Virus record (IMG/VR): IMGVR_UViG_3300028840_007026
Coordinates: 17,356-81,355 of that record
DNA: 64,000 bases
Reading direction: 5' to 3' (one strand)
From: a virus
Shown here one piece after another: positions 46,701-55,228 of the stretch. The position numbers were made by a program, and so were the translations under genes. Each line of letters begins with the position of its first letter. Position 1 is the stretch's first letter. Under the pieces are notes generated by a model. The model did not search any database, had not been told where the DNA came from, and saw only the letters and a list, made by a program, of their open reading frames with translations.

Positions 46701-47783
46701 ATGTACGCTTACCGTAGTGCAACTGGTAGTATTTGGACAACTCTAAGAACGTACAACGAGATACGAGAATTCGGATACGAGTATTTTGAAGCATGTATGG
46801 GAAATAACTTTAGAACAGATATAGTTGATATTGGTGGTGGACAATTTGAAACCGTTGAACAGGGTGAGAATTATGTGAAAGTACTCCTGTGGTTTACTAC
46901 TCCTGTTACATACCAGTATTTCAAGGCTCTTACCATTAGTCATGCTGTTCTGGAAAAACAATATCATCCGGTTGAGATTGAGATGATGACTTCTTCCACT
47001 CAACAGCAACCAACCATAGGGTGGATGGATTACATTCCTGGATCACAAGCTGTCATTCCTCCCAATGTTGTTTTCTACTGGTTTTACTCTAAGGGTGATT
47101 GGAGTATTACCTATGGTACAGGCAACTATTCTCTTGGGTATACAAGTGCCCCATATGGTTATAGAGACGCGATCAATACCGGTGTTTGGACTAATAACCA
47201 TTTGATTGTGGAAGAGCCGAAACAAACCGGGAAGTATTACGTTGAGTTTACTTTTGACAATTTGCTTGATGAAGAAGATGGTTTGGATACTACTAAAAAA
47301 GTTGCCTTTGGTGTAGCACAAGAGCACTTTTGGAATGGTTCATATTGGCCGGTAAGCGACACTGTAGGTCAAGTGATGCATACAAATCTTGATATAACCT
47401 ACTTCGCTTGTGGATATAGAAGTAATGGGAATCTGGTAACTGGCAGCACTGGAGAAGTATATTTTGGAGCCGGTTCATTTAATCGTGGAGATAAGATTGG
47501 GATAGCTATAGACATTGATAATGAGAAAATTTGGTTTTCCAAAAACGGTGCATGGTCGGGTAATCCGGCACTTGGAATTGGAGAAGCATTTTCCGGTTGG
47601 ATGCAAAAGGGATCGTATACTTATCATGGTAGGACGTATTACTTCTATGATGATTATGTAACACCAATGGTTGAGATTCAGAATTCTGATGGCTCTAACA
47701 CGATGGAAAGGGTAGAAGTTCATTGTCATAGCTGGCAGATGAGCTATGCAGCACCATCAGGCTTTACTCCATGGGGGGATTAA
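43770..47783 (+). CDS. Central tail fibre / host-specificity protein with Thr stalk and C-terminal SPRY domain
   Basis: TADEG..VP.IYG...V.GN.IYYG, NPA..YDLL and RG.LGT...H..G motifs; T-rich tract; GKYYVEF...IDIDNEKIWFSKNG. Confidence 0.85.
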   Translation: MALLPYLGYALMVIGLAYSVYMMTKGGPEMDSLDPSTIDDFAITTADEGSKVPLIYGIKKVTGNIIYYGGLRAKPITETVQSGCSSEKVIVGYDYYIDIWMTLAHGPVSLLATYVNEELTGVLGTGEISYHQRIFSNGVPGNGVDAPIAGQSPLPGIAWIYYEQLYLGENVQSVPTIHYVLQCLPTAHPFSYVETGNGGVNPATVVYDLLVRSGVDYDGVNATSFENASLYWFNKEYGLHMVYKNAIKCRDAIKKALQVVGGSFTEDTDGKFYLIPFDETETSSATLDFDQGEVRNFKFYRPMWDTLYSDFVATYIDRNKDYSKRTVRAYNPALHRILGRRVEQAVDLKHFIDLDVASKRVWEIMKEATYPGAQIECEVPFRFSGLLVGQVVTVNNSRFGISNAKFRLMTKNIKGLDENFFGVSLKQMTEELYDSNWETSGGSNWEIPDYTPDPLYKASVWQLPFNHMTGTGDYNTGFYLVLAARKNLHESGYYLRYSQNGNVYDPVAGDAFSQYGTLDEAYGITNEIDETVGFTYTPYREDPAFDSIAIEDAINMNRMALIEDELIGFTTVTNNANGSITLTGIIRGMLGTTIAAHNSGVDIWIFTPTTPGLIFSSADSSFYLMFQPHSISGVVATEDATVINVTKDSTKLVPPAPVVSVERTATDDFTITWYPFTGAFIGAGQTGEESFNTAVPYAGPGAGLNAYKFNYTAIVYHYQTKSVDFTYPYATYDLRATWKLNNNAVTAEARPSLPSVGSTTWAGRNIPNATTGLLKIDYGMENFIEFIDYNADIIDNFFNMASLLDVSLTSLADEDYLMYDHASGKFVNVDLATMNVEVTTTTSTTTTTTTSTTTTSTTTTTATTTTGTTVPGGTTTTAPPEAYSTGLSLIDDTSPLTSTLDYRASAVDGNYDTKIFSSAPSGVDEPDFQEREGWLSDRSIGKNLESPTLCYGMKIVMRATDSKVLANHYDPSPLRNYMYAYRSATGSIWTTLRTYNEIREFGYEYFEACMGNNFRTDIVDIGGGQFETVEQGENYVKVLLWFTTPVTYQYFKALTISHAVLEKQYHPVEIEMMTSSTQQQPTIGWMDYIPGSQAVIPPNVVFYWFYSKGDWSITYGTGNYSLGYTSAPYGYRDAINTGVWTNNHLIVEEPKQTGKYYVEFTFDNLLDEEDGLDTTKKVAFGVAQEHFWNGSYWPVSDTVGQVMHTNLDITYFACGYRSNGNLVTGSTGEVYFGAGSFNRGDKIGIAIDIDNEKIWFSKNGAWSGNPALGIGEAFSGWMQKGSYTYHGRTYYFYDDYVTPMVEIQNSDGSNTMERVEVHCHSWQMSYAAPSGFTPWGD

Positions 47784-47786
47784 AAA

Positions 47787-48005
47787 ATGGTACAAAGGAC
47801 GACAAACACTGGTTTTTTCAAACTTGAGGACGATGCTCAAAACTGGCATCATTACTACAATGCGAATATTGATCTTCTCAATAATACCGCATTGAAGTTG
47901 CAGGGATTGGCCGATGTGGATGTGAAAGTTCTCAAGGATAAATCCATTTTGAAATTCAATCATGCAACAAGTAAATGGGATGTGGTAGTAAAGAGAGGTA
48001 TCTAA
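47787..48005 (+). CDS. Small tail-fibre module protein
   Basis: LADVD....DKSILKFNHATSKW motif, also present in both neighbours. Confidence 0.7.
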   Translation: MVQRTTNTGFFKLEDDAQNWHHYYNANIDLLNNTALKLQGLADVDVKVLKDKSILKFNHATSKWDVVVKRGI

Positions 48006-48006
48006 A

Positions 48007-49149
48007 ATGGCAATTACTATAGTCATTCCGGGTGATCAATCAGATTGGGTTGGAGCAAATAATGATAATTGGGATGAATTAGATTCGCTGAGTGTAAGCG
48101 ATCTTACTGATACCAATATTGCTTCTGAAAAAGAGGGTGATCTTTTACGATGGAACACTTCCACGCCAGCATGGGAAAATTACACCTTCTGGTCAACCAC
48201 TACTACTACGTCCACTACAACTACTACCACTGTGACAGGATCCACTACGACGTCGACAACCGCATCGACAACCTCAACCTCTACAACGACGGTTACTGGA
48301 AGTACTACTTCGACGACAAGTACGACAACAACTGGATCGACAACCACTACAACAACTGGTAGTACGACCACTACGACAGTTGCACCAGCAACTACTACTA
48401 CCACATCAACCACGAGTACAACTACTTCAACAACCACGTCAACAACCACGTCAACCAGCACTACGTCAACGACGAGTACTACAAGTACCAGTACAACGAC
48501 AGTGACAACACCTGCTACCACGACTACTGCTCCTCCGTCTGCATTTAGGTTTAATGAAAATGATAAGAGTGCAGATGTTACTCTCAGCAATGGTGATATG
48601 ACTGCTACCCATACAGGAGCACTTGACGGACAGGATGCAGTTAGATCAGTATCTTCATGTAATTCTCGTAAGGTTTATTATGAGATGCATATTGATGCGA
48701 AATCAGCGAATAATATAACTATCGGCTGGATGGATTCTTCTCATAGTTTAACTAATAGGGTCGGAGAAGATGGATCGAACGTTGGTGTTGGATGGTGGAC
48801 GGCTGGTAGATTGTATCGTGATGGTGGTTTTGTTACTCTAAGCGGTACGGCGGGAACTGATGACTATGTTCAGGTAGCAGTTGATTTTGCAACTGGAGAT
48901 ATTTGGTTTGGTATTAATAATTCATGGTTAGGATCCGGGTCTCCAGATCCAGCAACCGGCACAGATCCTAATATGACTGAAACTGAATTTACTTCGGGTG
49001 ATTACTACATTGCAGCAACACTTTATGATAAAGATCCCGCACATGTAGTCACGATTAGGACTTCTCAAAGTGAGATGGAAGGTACAATTCCCACTGGTTT
49101 TGTTTGTCCTGATGATTACACAGAGGCGACCACTACAACAACGGTTTAA
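48007..49149 (+). CDS. Tail fibre-like protein: attachment module, Thr stalk, SPRY domain, Thr tag
   Basis: KVYYEMHID...AVDFATGDIWFGINNSW; ends ATTTTTV*. Confidence 0.8.
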   Translation: MAITIVIPGDQSDWVGANNDNWDELDSLSVSDLTDTNIASEKEGDLLRWNTSTPAWENYTFWSTTTTTSTTTTTTVTGSTTTSTTASTTSTSTTTVTGSTTSTTSTTTTGSTTTTTTGSTTTTTVAPATTTTTSTTSTTTSTTTSTTTSTSTTSTTSTTSTSTTTVTTPATTTTAPPSAFRFNENDKSADVTLSNGDMTATHTGALDGQDAVRSVSSCNSRKVYYEMHIDAKSANNITIGWMDSSHSLTNRVGEDGSNVGVGWWTAGRLYRDGGFVTLSGTAGTDDYVQVAVDFATGDIWFGINNSWLGSGSPDPATGTDPNMTETEFTSGDYYIAATLYDKDPAHVVTIRTSQSEMEGTIPTGFVCPDDYTEATTTTTV

Positions 49150-49203
49150 ATCGGCCAGTAGCTTAGTCAGTATTTTACTAACAGTATCGAAAAGGAGAAG
49201 AGT

Positions 49204-49806
49204 ATGACTTCACGGAAAGAGTACAGGAAAACGAACATCATCGACAGTTTTACTAACACTGTCCCATTTCTGCCGGAGGAGCATTTACTGGTACATGCTG
49301 CAAAATTGTGGGATGTACAGTATGTCGGTGCTTCTGTGGCAAGTGCGAGCAGTATTGAAATGTTCATCAGAACCAGCAATACCCGACAATTGCTTCACAT
49401 GCTTTTCACCTTTCAATCATCTCTTCTCGCAGATTTTTATATCTATGAGGGGACATCGAAGACGTATGCCAGTGGAAATGCCCTTACTTCTTACAACCGG
49501 AATCGGTACGAGTCGAATCCTCTCAAGGCTGCACCTCAGATTTGTCATACACCGGCTGGATCTGGCGATGGAACTTTACTGTTCCAAGGAATCCTCGGCG
49601 GTGGTGCAGGACCCCGAAACTTCGGGGGTGAGGGGCGAGATGCAAATGAAATATTGCTGGCACCTAATACTGCCTACCTGCTGCGGCTCACCTCCAGAGC
49701 AGCTTCTAACAGGCTTCAGATTAATGCTGAATATTATGAGCGGTTCCACGATGATGCAGCAACCACCACTACCACTACCAGTACTACCACGACAACCACA
49801 GTCTAA
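49204..49806 (+). CDS. Beta-sandwich protein with Thr tag
   Basis: AAGGAG RBS; EILLAPNTAYLLRLT; ends TTTTTTSTTTTTTV*. Confidence 0.75.
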   Translation: MTSRKEYRKTNIIDSFTNTVPFLPEEHLLVHAAKLWDVQYVGASVASASSIEMFIRTSNTRQLLHMLFTFQSSLLADFYIYEGTSKTYASGNALTSYNRNRYESNPLKAAPQICHTPAGSGDGTLLFQGILGGGAGPRNFGGEGRDANEILLAPNTAYLLRLTSRAASNRLQINAEYYERFHDDAATTTTTTSTTTTTTV

Positions 49807-49830
49807 CGTTATTTAATAGGGGGAATTATC

Positions 49831-50466
49831 ATGGGGAAAACCATCCAGTTATTAGGAGTAGATGGCAATTCTCACCCTGTGTTGATAAATGCTGATGGCG
49901 AGATAGTTGTGAGAAATGGACACGATCAAGCGGTAATGGAAGGGCAAATTTGGTACTCTTCAAATTTTGCCACTCTAAGTGGAGAGGGTGATACTAAGTA
50001 CTTTTATCTGAATATTCCACAAGTTGAAAATCAAGTGTATGGTGAGAACTACTTTCAGTTACATATGCACTGGAAAATCGATGCTGACTCTGGCATGATT
50101 CTGCGGACATATGTGAATCCAACCGTTACAGCAAAAGGTGATCCTTTAGTTGTGAGAAATAAAAACGGTTGGTTTTCTGGTAATCCTCATTATGCTGATT
50201 TTCGAGTTGATGCTGTTTTTTCAGATCTTGGGACTGAAGTTTGGGCCGATATAGTTGGCACAGAGAAGTCAAACGAAGCAGGTCATGGGTTTGCTGGTGA
50301 GTTTATACTGCCCGGAGGATTGTCCTATGCAATGAAAATTGAAAAACAAGCTTCCGGGGATGGATGGGTTTCATGGCACTGGTATTGGAGCGAAGAAGTT
50401 GTTGGAATCAATTCCGTTATTCCTATCACAACTACCAGTACTACCACCACTACCACTACAGTTTGA
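49831..50466 (+). CDS. Beta-sandwich protein with Thr tag (likely paralog of 49204-49806)
   Basis: EFILPGGLSYAMKIE; ends TTTSTTTTTTTV*. Confidence 0.75.
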   Translation: MGKTIQLLGVDGNSHPVLINADGEIVVRNGHDQAVMEGQIWYSSNFATLSGEGDTKYFYLNIPQVENQVYGENYFQLHMHWKIDADSGMILRTYVNPTVTAKGDPLVVRNKNGWFSGNPHYADFRVDAVFSDLGTEVWADIVGTEKSNEAGHGFAGEFILPGGLSYAMKIEKQASGDGWVSWHWYWSEEVVGINSVIPITTTSTTTTTTTV

Positions 50467-50480
50467 TAGGAGGTAGGGAA

Positions 50481-50663
50481 ATGCCTAAAGGAACAAGAGT
50501 ACACAGGTGAGTCGGTTATCTCACCCGTAGGTACGGGAAAGGAAAGGCGATAGCAATCTGTCAGGCTTCAACAAAACAAGGATATAAGAGTGGAAGGTCT
50601 CTTGTTGGTAGAAAAGGATCTTCCAAAGGGAGACGAAGAAAAAGAAAAAAGAGTAGAAGTTAA
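50481..50663 (+). CDS. 60-aa basic protein with in-frame TGA (candidate selenoprotein, or nonsense allele)
   Basis: AGGAGG RBS; MPKGTRVHR-TGA-VGYLTRRYGKGKAIAICQASTKQGYKSG...RS*; hairpin CCCGT-AGGT-ACGGG 13 nt after the TGA. Confidence 0.6.
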
Positions 50664-50932
50664 TGAATTATTGGGAAACGACTTACCAACCTGGAGCAGA
50701 ATCAATGAGTGATTTTTTAGAAGTAATTCAGATTGTAAAAGATCCGTTTTTGGTTTTTCTCCTTCTATTATTCGCACTCCTTGGTTGGATAATAATTGCT
50801 CAGCATAAAATTATTAAGGAACATGTTACCTATGAGCGTGAGTTGATGGGTCAACTTAATGAGAATTCTACAACCCTTGCGAGACTAACAGCATTGATTG
50901 AAACCCTTGTTCACGGAAGAGGGGGGACATGA
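50663..50932 (+). CDS. Single-TM holin-like protein
   Basis: One hydrophobic helix followed by a coiled coil; start may be 50705. Confidence 0.55.
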   Translation: MNYWETTYQPGAESMSDFLEVIQIVKDPFLVFLLLLFALLGWIIIAQHKIIKEHVTYERELMGQLNENSTTLARLTALIETLVHGRGGT

Positions 50933-51159
50933 AAATGAATATAGTAAAAAAAATCATATCCCTCTTCTCACAAAAAGATACAAAAGAATTTGATCTGAAG
51001 CGAAAGATGAGTATCGAAATGGCGAAGGATAAAAGGAAAGAAGCAGAAAGTAGAATTAATAATATGATTGCTCAGATAAATGGATGCGGTGATCGATGGT
51101 TTCTACAACCAATGAAGTCAGTTGATGAGTGCAATGAGAAGGTCAATGGAGAACGATAA
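50929..51159 (+). CDS. Hypothetical protein
   Basis: ATGA coupling; 76 aa. Confidence 0.7.
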   Translation: MKMNIVKKIISLFSQKDTKEFDLKRKMSIEMAKDKRKEAESRINNMIAQINGCGDRWFLQPMKSVDECNEKVNGER

Positions 51160-52038
51160 ATGAAAGCATTTCATATTTATTTTATAACTTCCATCATTTG
51201 TCTGTATGGTTTTTTGTTGTTTATTTGGTGGTGGAGGAAAACAGGTAAGGCGACAGAAGTATACAAGTACATAACTGTTCTTTTCTTTGCTGAGTTTATT
51301 GAGAAATTAGTTTTCACTTTACTCAGGTATGCTTCTCAGTATGGAAGTGAATCAGGAATGGAACTCCATCGTCAGATTGTTACTCATTACTTATGGTGGA
51401 CGATTGGGATTCCTACTGCAATAGCTTTCGGGTTGATTGTAGTAGCAATGACACTTCGGGTAAGGAAAACACTTTACAATATAAAAAATACTACTTACCC
51501 TACCCCTAAAATTAAGTATGACAGGCCGAAGCGGAATGTTGGAGTTCTTTCCCCAAATGAGAAAACACGTTCAGCACTTAACATCGCGTTCGGGGAAAAC
51601 GATATAACATGTTACGCTCTTAGTTCTCTATTAGATGGCTTCAGTCTGATTATAGATAAGAAATACGTTTCGGTTTTGATGATAGATTTGGATGCATTTG
51701 AGAATTCCGTTCATACAGCAAAAGAGGTAGTGGAAATTATAAGGCGGGAGAATCCATGGTGCGTGATTGTCGCTATTTCTGATTCACCAAATGTTTGGGA
51801 GTTATTTGGCGCGAGAAGAGCAGCCTTTGATGACTACCTTTACTTGCCGATTGATGCCGGAATTCTCATTGCAACTTATAATAGATGGTATAGCAAAGTT
51901 AAGAGATGGAGGCATATTGAAACCAAAGATAGGAGGGTGAGAAAAGGGAAAATATTTGATAGAAAATGTTCTAATTGCGAAGAGTGTAGGAAAGAAGATA
52001 AATTCAAAAAAAATGGGGAAGAAAATGAAAACAATTAA
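51160..52038 (+). CDS. Three-TM membrane protein with a receiver (CheY)-like domain
   Basis: Hydrophobic N-terminus; VSVLMIDLD...IRRENPWCVIVAIS...AAFDDYLYLP fits the receiver fold. Confidence 0.6.
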   Translation: MKAFHIYFITSIICLYGFLLFIWWWRKTGKATEVYKYITVLFFAEFIEKLVFTLLRYASQYGSESGMELHRQIVTHYLWWTIGIPTAIAFGLIVVAMTLRVRKTLYNIKNTTYPTPKIKYDRPKRNVGVLSPNEKTRSALNIAFGENDITCYALSSLLDGFSLIIDKKYVSVLMIDLDAFENSVHTAKEVVEIIRRENPWCVIVAISDSPNVWELFGARRAAFDDYLYLPIDAGILIATYNRWYSKVKRWRHIETKDRRVRKGKIFDRKCSNCEECRKEDKFKKNGEENENN

Positions 52039-52705
52039 CTTCTTATTTTTTCTACTGTTATTCACATTTTCCTTTTCGATTTCCAATGCCGAATTTACTA
52101 TCGATTGGGATGAAAATGATCCTCTTCCGGATGGATATCGGCTGTTTTCAAAGATCGTTGGAAGTGAATATGATTACTCATCTCCTATTTGGGAAGGGCT
52201 TGTTCATCCAGTCACGATAAATACTTTGGTTCCGTCGTTGCCCGAAATGCCTGTACCTGTGGATTTGACCGCGAGTTATGAAAAGACTACTAATGAAGTT
52301 ACAGCGACATGGGTTCAGCCTCCTGATCCAATTGCTACTGAAAATTACAATCTCGTTGTTCGTGCCTATCTCAACACTGGAGAAGAATCGGCGGATTCCA
52401 ATGAAGTTGAAGTTGAACAGTCAAAGAGAAATGCTTTATCCAAATGGGAAGTGTATTACAGTGAAACGGCAGGAGGGCCGTACATTTCTCTTGGAGAAGT
52501 ATTAGGTGGAACTCCTGGAATTACTCAACCAATTACTGCCGTCGCCGAAGGGGAAATTAAAACCATTTACTTTACAGTGGTCGCTTTTGGGGAAAGTGGG
52601 TCATTTAGTGCGAATTCCTCGGAAACGTCGGTAGTAATTGATCGTCGGGTAACACCAGTTCCACCGCAAAATATCAACGTGACCGTGACAATTCCGGTCC
52701 AATAA
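52025..52705 (+). CDS. Secreted fibronectin type III-like protein
   Basis: Signal peptide MKTINFLFFLLLFTFSFSISNA; W..N....GYRL, VRAY...ES.DSNEV and YF.V.AF...S..S motifs. Confidence 0.7.
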   Translation: MKTINFLFFLLLFTFSFSISNAEFTIDWDENDPLPDGYRLFSKIVGSEYDYSSPIWEGLVHPVTINTLVPSLPEMPVPVDLTASYEKTTNEVTATWVQPPDPIATENYNLVVRAYLNTGEESADSNEVEVEQSKRNALSKWEVYYSETAGGPYISLGEVLGGTPGITQPITAVAEGEIKTIYFTVVAFGESGSFSANSSETSVVIDRRVTPVPPQNINVTVTIPVQ

Positions 52706-52721
52706 AAAAGGAGGAGTAAAT

Positions 52722-53135
52722 ATGTATAGACAAATGCTTACTGGTGTTGTAACAGTGCTTCTCAATCTTCTCAGCTCGGAGTTGTTTAAGAAGTTTACGG
52801 ATGTGATATTCAAATTCGCCGAAGATTATGTCCTGGAAACAAAGTCCCTGGTAGATGACAAGATGGTTCTTCCCATTCTTGCATCGATGAGAAATTCGAT
52901 GGCTATACCAACAGGAACAGATGTTAAAACGTTGTTTCCCAGCCTGATTGAGATGCTCTTCTCATTATTCGATTCAAATCTTCTTAAAGAATTCGCCGAC
53001 AAGATACTCGACTTCGCTGAGGACTACGTCCTGGGAACCAAGTCGGAAATCGACGATCTTCTCATCTTGCCATTATGCAAATTGATTCGTGTGACATTTG
53101 ACATTCCGGATAACGATCTGAAACCGGATGTTTAA
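52722..53135 (+). CDS. Hypothetical protein with internal duplication
   Basis: FAEDYVL.TKS..DD...LP occurs twice; GGAGG RBS. Confidence 0.8.
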   Translation: MYRQMLTGVVTVLLNLLSSELFKKFTDVIFKFAEDYVLETKSLVDDKMVLPILASMRNSMAIPTGTDVKTLFPSLIEMLFSLFDSNLLKEFADKILDFAEDYVLGTKSEIDDLLILPLCKLIRVTFDIPDNDLKPDV

Positions 53136-53148
53136 AAGGTTTTAAGCA

Positions 53149-53194
53149 TGTTATAATTAAAGCAACTTTCGGGATCCCTTCGGGATCCCGTTTT
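53149..53194 (+). terminator. Hairpin terminator with an extended -10 element just upstream
   Basis: TGtTATAAT at 53149-53157; CGGGATCCC-TTC-GGGATCCCG-TTTT at 53170-53194. Confidence 0.6.
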
Positions 53195-53243
53195 ACCATT
53201 AACGGTCACTCGCAAGAGAACGACCAATGGAAGGAGAAGTAAT

Positions 53244-54707
53244 ATGAGTATCCGGAATGTAGCCATCCTAACCAATTTTCAAGATTTCAATCCGGGTTAT
53301 TCGCTTACGGGAATTGTTCTCGATCAATGTGAAATGCTTCTCAAGTATGGACACAATGTTCATCTACTTGTGAATGAGAACTTTCGAGCAGATCATGTTG
53401 ATCAGATTCACAGGAGACTTTTGAGCGTAGGCGAAGAAGTTGTTATGGAAAGATTTTCTCTTCGCAAGATTGTCCCTTTCGCCCACCTGACAGATTATAT
53501 TTCAGCGATCAACTGGAGCACAGACCACAAATATACTTCCGTTAGAGTTTGTGATGCTCTGGTTCCGTATTTCAAAGAAAACCATATCGACGTCGCTTTT
53601 ACTCACGACTGGATTTTTACTGGATGGAATTTGCCCTATGCTGGAGGGATACGTTTTACTTCATCTGTCCTTCCGAATATGGCATGGTTACATTGGGTGC
53701 ATTCTGTCCCGTCTGTAATGCGTGATTGGTGGGAGTTGAAAGCATATGGACCTGCCCACAGAATTGTATTCCCAAATGCTTCCGATCGCAGACGAGTAGC
53801 AGAGCAATTCAGAACAAGTGAGCAGAACGTAGCTGTAATTCCTCACATCAAAGATCCGCGGACATGGTACAAAATGTCGGATGAAACCAAAGAACTTATA
53901 GACGCGTATCCAGCAATTCTCAGCGCTGAAATGGTTCAGTTTTATCCTGCATCCTGCGATAGATTGGCAGCAAAAGGTGTCCAATATTTGATTAAAATAT
54001 TCGGTGCCTGGAAAGCACATGGAATTTCCGTTTTTCTCGCCATTGCAAACCAGTGGGCAACCGGCCGGCAGCGGAAAGAAGATATTAGCAAGTACATCAA
54101 GATGGCGCGAGACGTTGGATTAACCGAGGAGGAGTTCTGTTTCACCAGTGAGTTTGATAAAAAATACGAGACCGGAATCCCCTCAAACATGCTAATGGAA
54201 CTTATGCACTTGCAAAGTGTTTTTATTTTTCCGACAAGGGAGGAATCCTTTGGTCTCGTTGGGCCTGAGGCGGCGCTGAGCGGCTGTTTGATGGTTCTTA
54301 ATGGTAGCTTAACTATGATGAGAGAAGTCTTTGGAAACATGGGGATGTACTTCGACTTCGGTTCATTTCATAGTGGTTTTGAACCGGTGCAAGGTATGGA
54401 TAAGTATTTGGAAGCGGTAGCAATGGTCATTTTCAACAAGTACAAATTGGATCCGAGTATTTGTACCAAGGTTATTTGCAGGCAGCAATACAACATGGAT
54501 TACTTGTACCGTTCCAGCTATGTTCCGGCAATGAATGACATTGTCGTTTCTGCTTCTAACATAAAAGTAACAGAAAGGGATATCGAATCTTCCATTAACT
54601 ACATAGAGGAATTCCGGAAATTGTGGGAATCCGAACAAGAGAAGAAAAGAGTTGAACGAAAAAATAAGGAGAATGAAGAATGCACTTCGATCCAACGATC
54701 CGAATAG
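53244..54707 (+). CDS. Glycosyltransferase, GT-B fold (GT4-like)
   Basis: RLAAKG and FIFPTREESFGLVGPEA (E-x7-E) motifs. Confidence 0.9.
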   Translation: MSIRNVAILTNFQDFNPGYSLTGIVLDQCEMLLKYGHNVHLLVNENFRADHVDQIHRRLLSVGEEVVMERFSLRKIVPFAHLTDYISAINWSTDHKYTSVRVCDALVPYFKENHIDVAFTHDWIFTGWNLPYAGGIRFTSSVLPNMAWLHWVHSVPSVMRDWWELKAYGPAHRIVFPNASDRRRVAEQFRTSEQNVAVIPHIKDPRTWYKMSDETKELIDAYPAILSAEMVQFYPASCDRLAAKGVQYLIKIFGAWKAHGISVFLAIANQWATGRQRKEDISKYIKMARDVGLTEEEFCFTSEFDKKYETGIPSNMLMELMHLQSVFIFPTREESFGLVGPEAALSGCLMVLNGSLTMMREVFGNMGMYFDFGSFHSGFEPVQGMDKYLEAVAMVIFNKYKLDPSICTKVICRQQYNMDYLYRSSYVPAMNDIVVSASNIKVTERDIESSINYIEEFRKLWESEQEKKRVERKNKENEECTSIQRSE

Positions 54708-55228
54708 GTAATAACGTCAAGATTGGGAAAAACGTTGCAATCGGGCCTTATACGATGATATGGGATGATGTTACAATTGAAGACAATTCTACCATCGGTA
54801 GTTTTTGTGTTATTAAACGTCATACCTACATATCGAGTAGTGTTTTCTTCGATGACTTTTGCATAAGTTCCGGTAAATGCTTTATTGGAGAAGGTTCACA
54901 GATCAGATACCAATCCATCATTGCGAGAAATGTGGTGATTGGAAGAAATGTCTTTTTCTGTGCCGGTGTCAAAACAGCATATTTGGATCATGCTGGATTG
55001 CCCTCAAAGGATGTCATGAGAATTGGAGATGAAGTATTTGTTGGGGATAACTCCACCATCCTTGCAGGGAAGCAGATTGCGAAAGGGGTAGTAATTGGAG
55101 CTCATTCTTTGGTAACAAAAAATTTGGATAATGTTGATGGTGTTTATATGGGATGTCCTGCGAAATTTGTGAGAAGTTTGGGCACCTCTGAAATTTCCAG
55201 AAGGGAAAGGAGGATTTCAACACGATGA
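54680..55228 (+). CDS. Hexapeptide-repeat (left-handed beta-helix) acyltransferase
   Basis: IGNNVKIGKNVAIG repeats; IGAHSLVTK...GCPAK. Confidence 0.9.
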   Translation: MHFDPTIRIGNNVKIGKNVAIGPYTMIWDDVTIEDNSTIGSFCVIKRHTYISSSVFFDDFCISSGKCFIGEGSQIRYQSIIARNVVIGRNVFFCAGVKTAYLDHAGLPSKDVMRIGDEVFVGDNSTILAGKQIAKGVVIGAHSLVTKNLDNVDGVYMGCPAKFVRSLGTSEISRRERRISTR

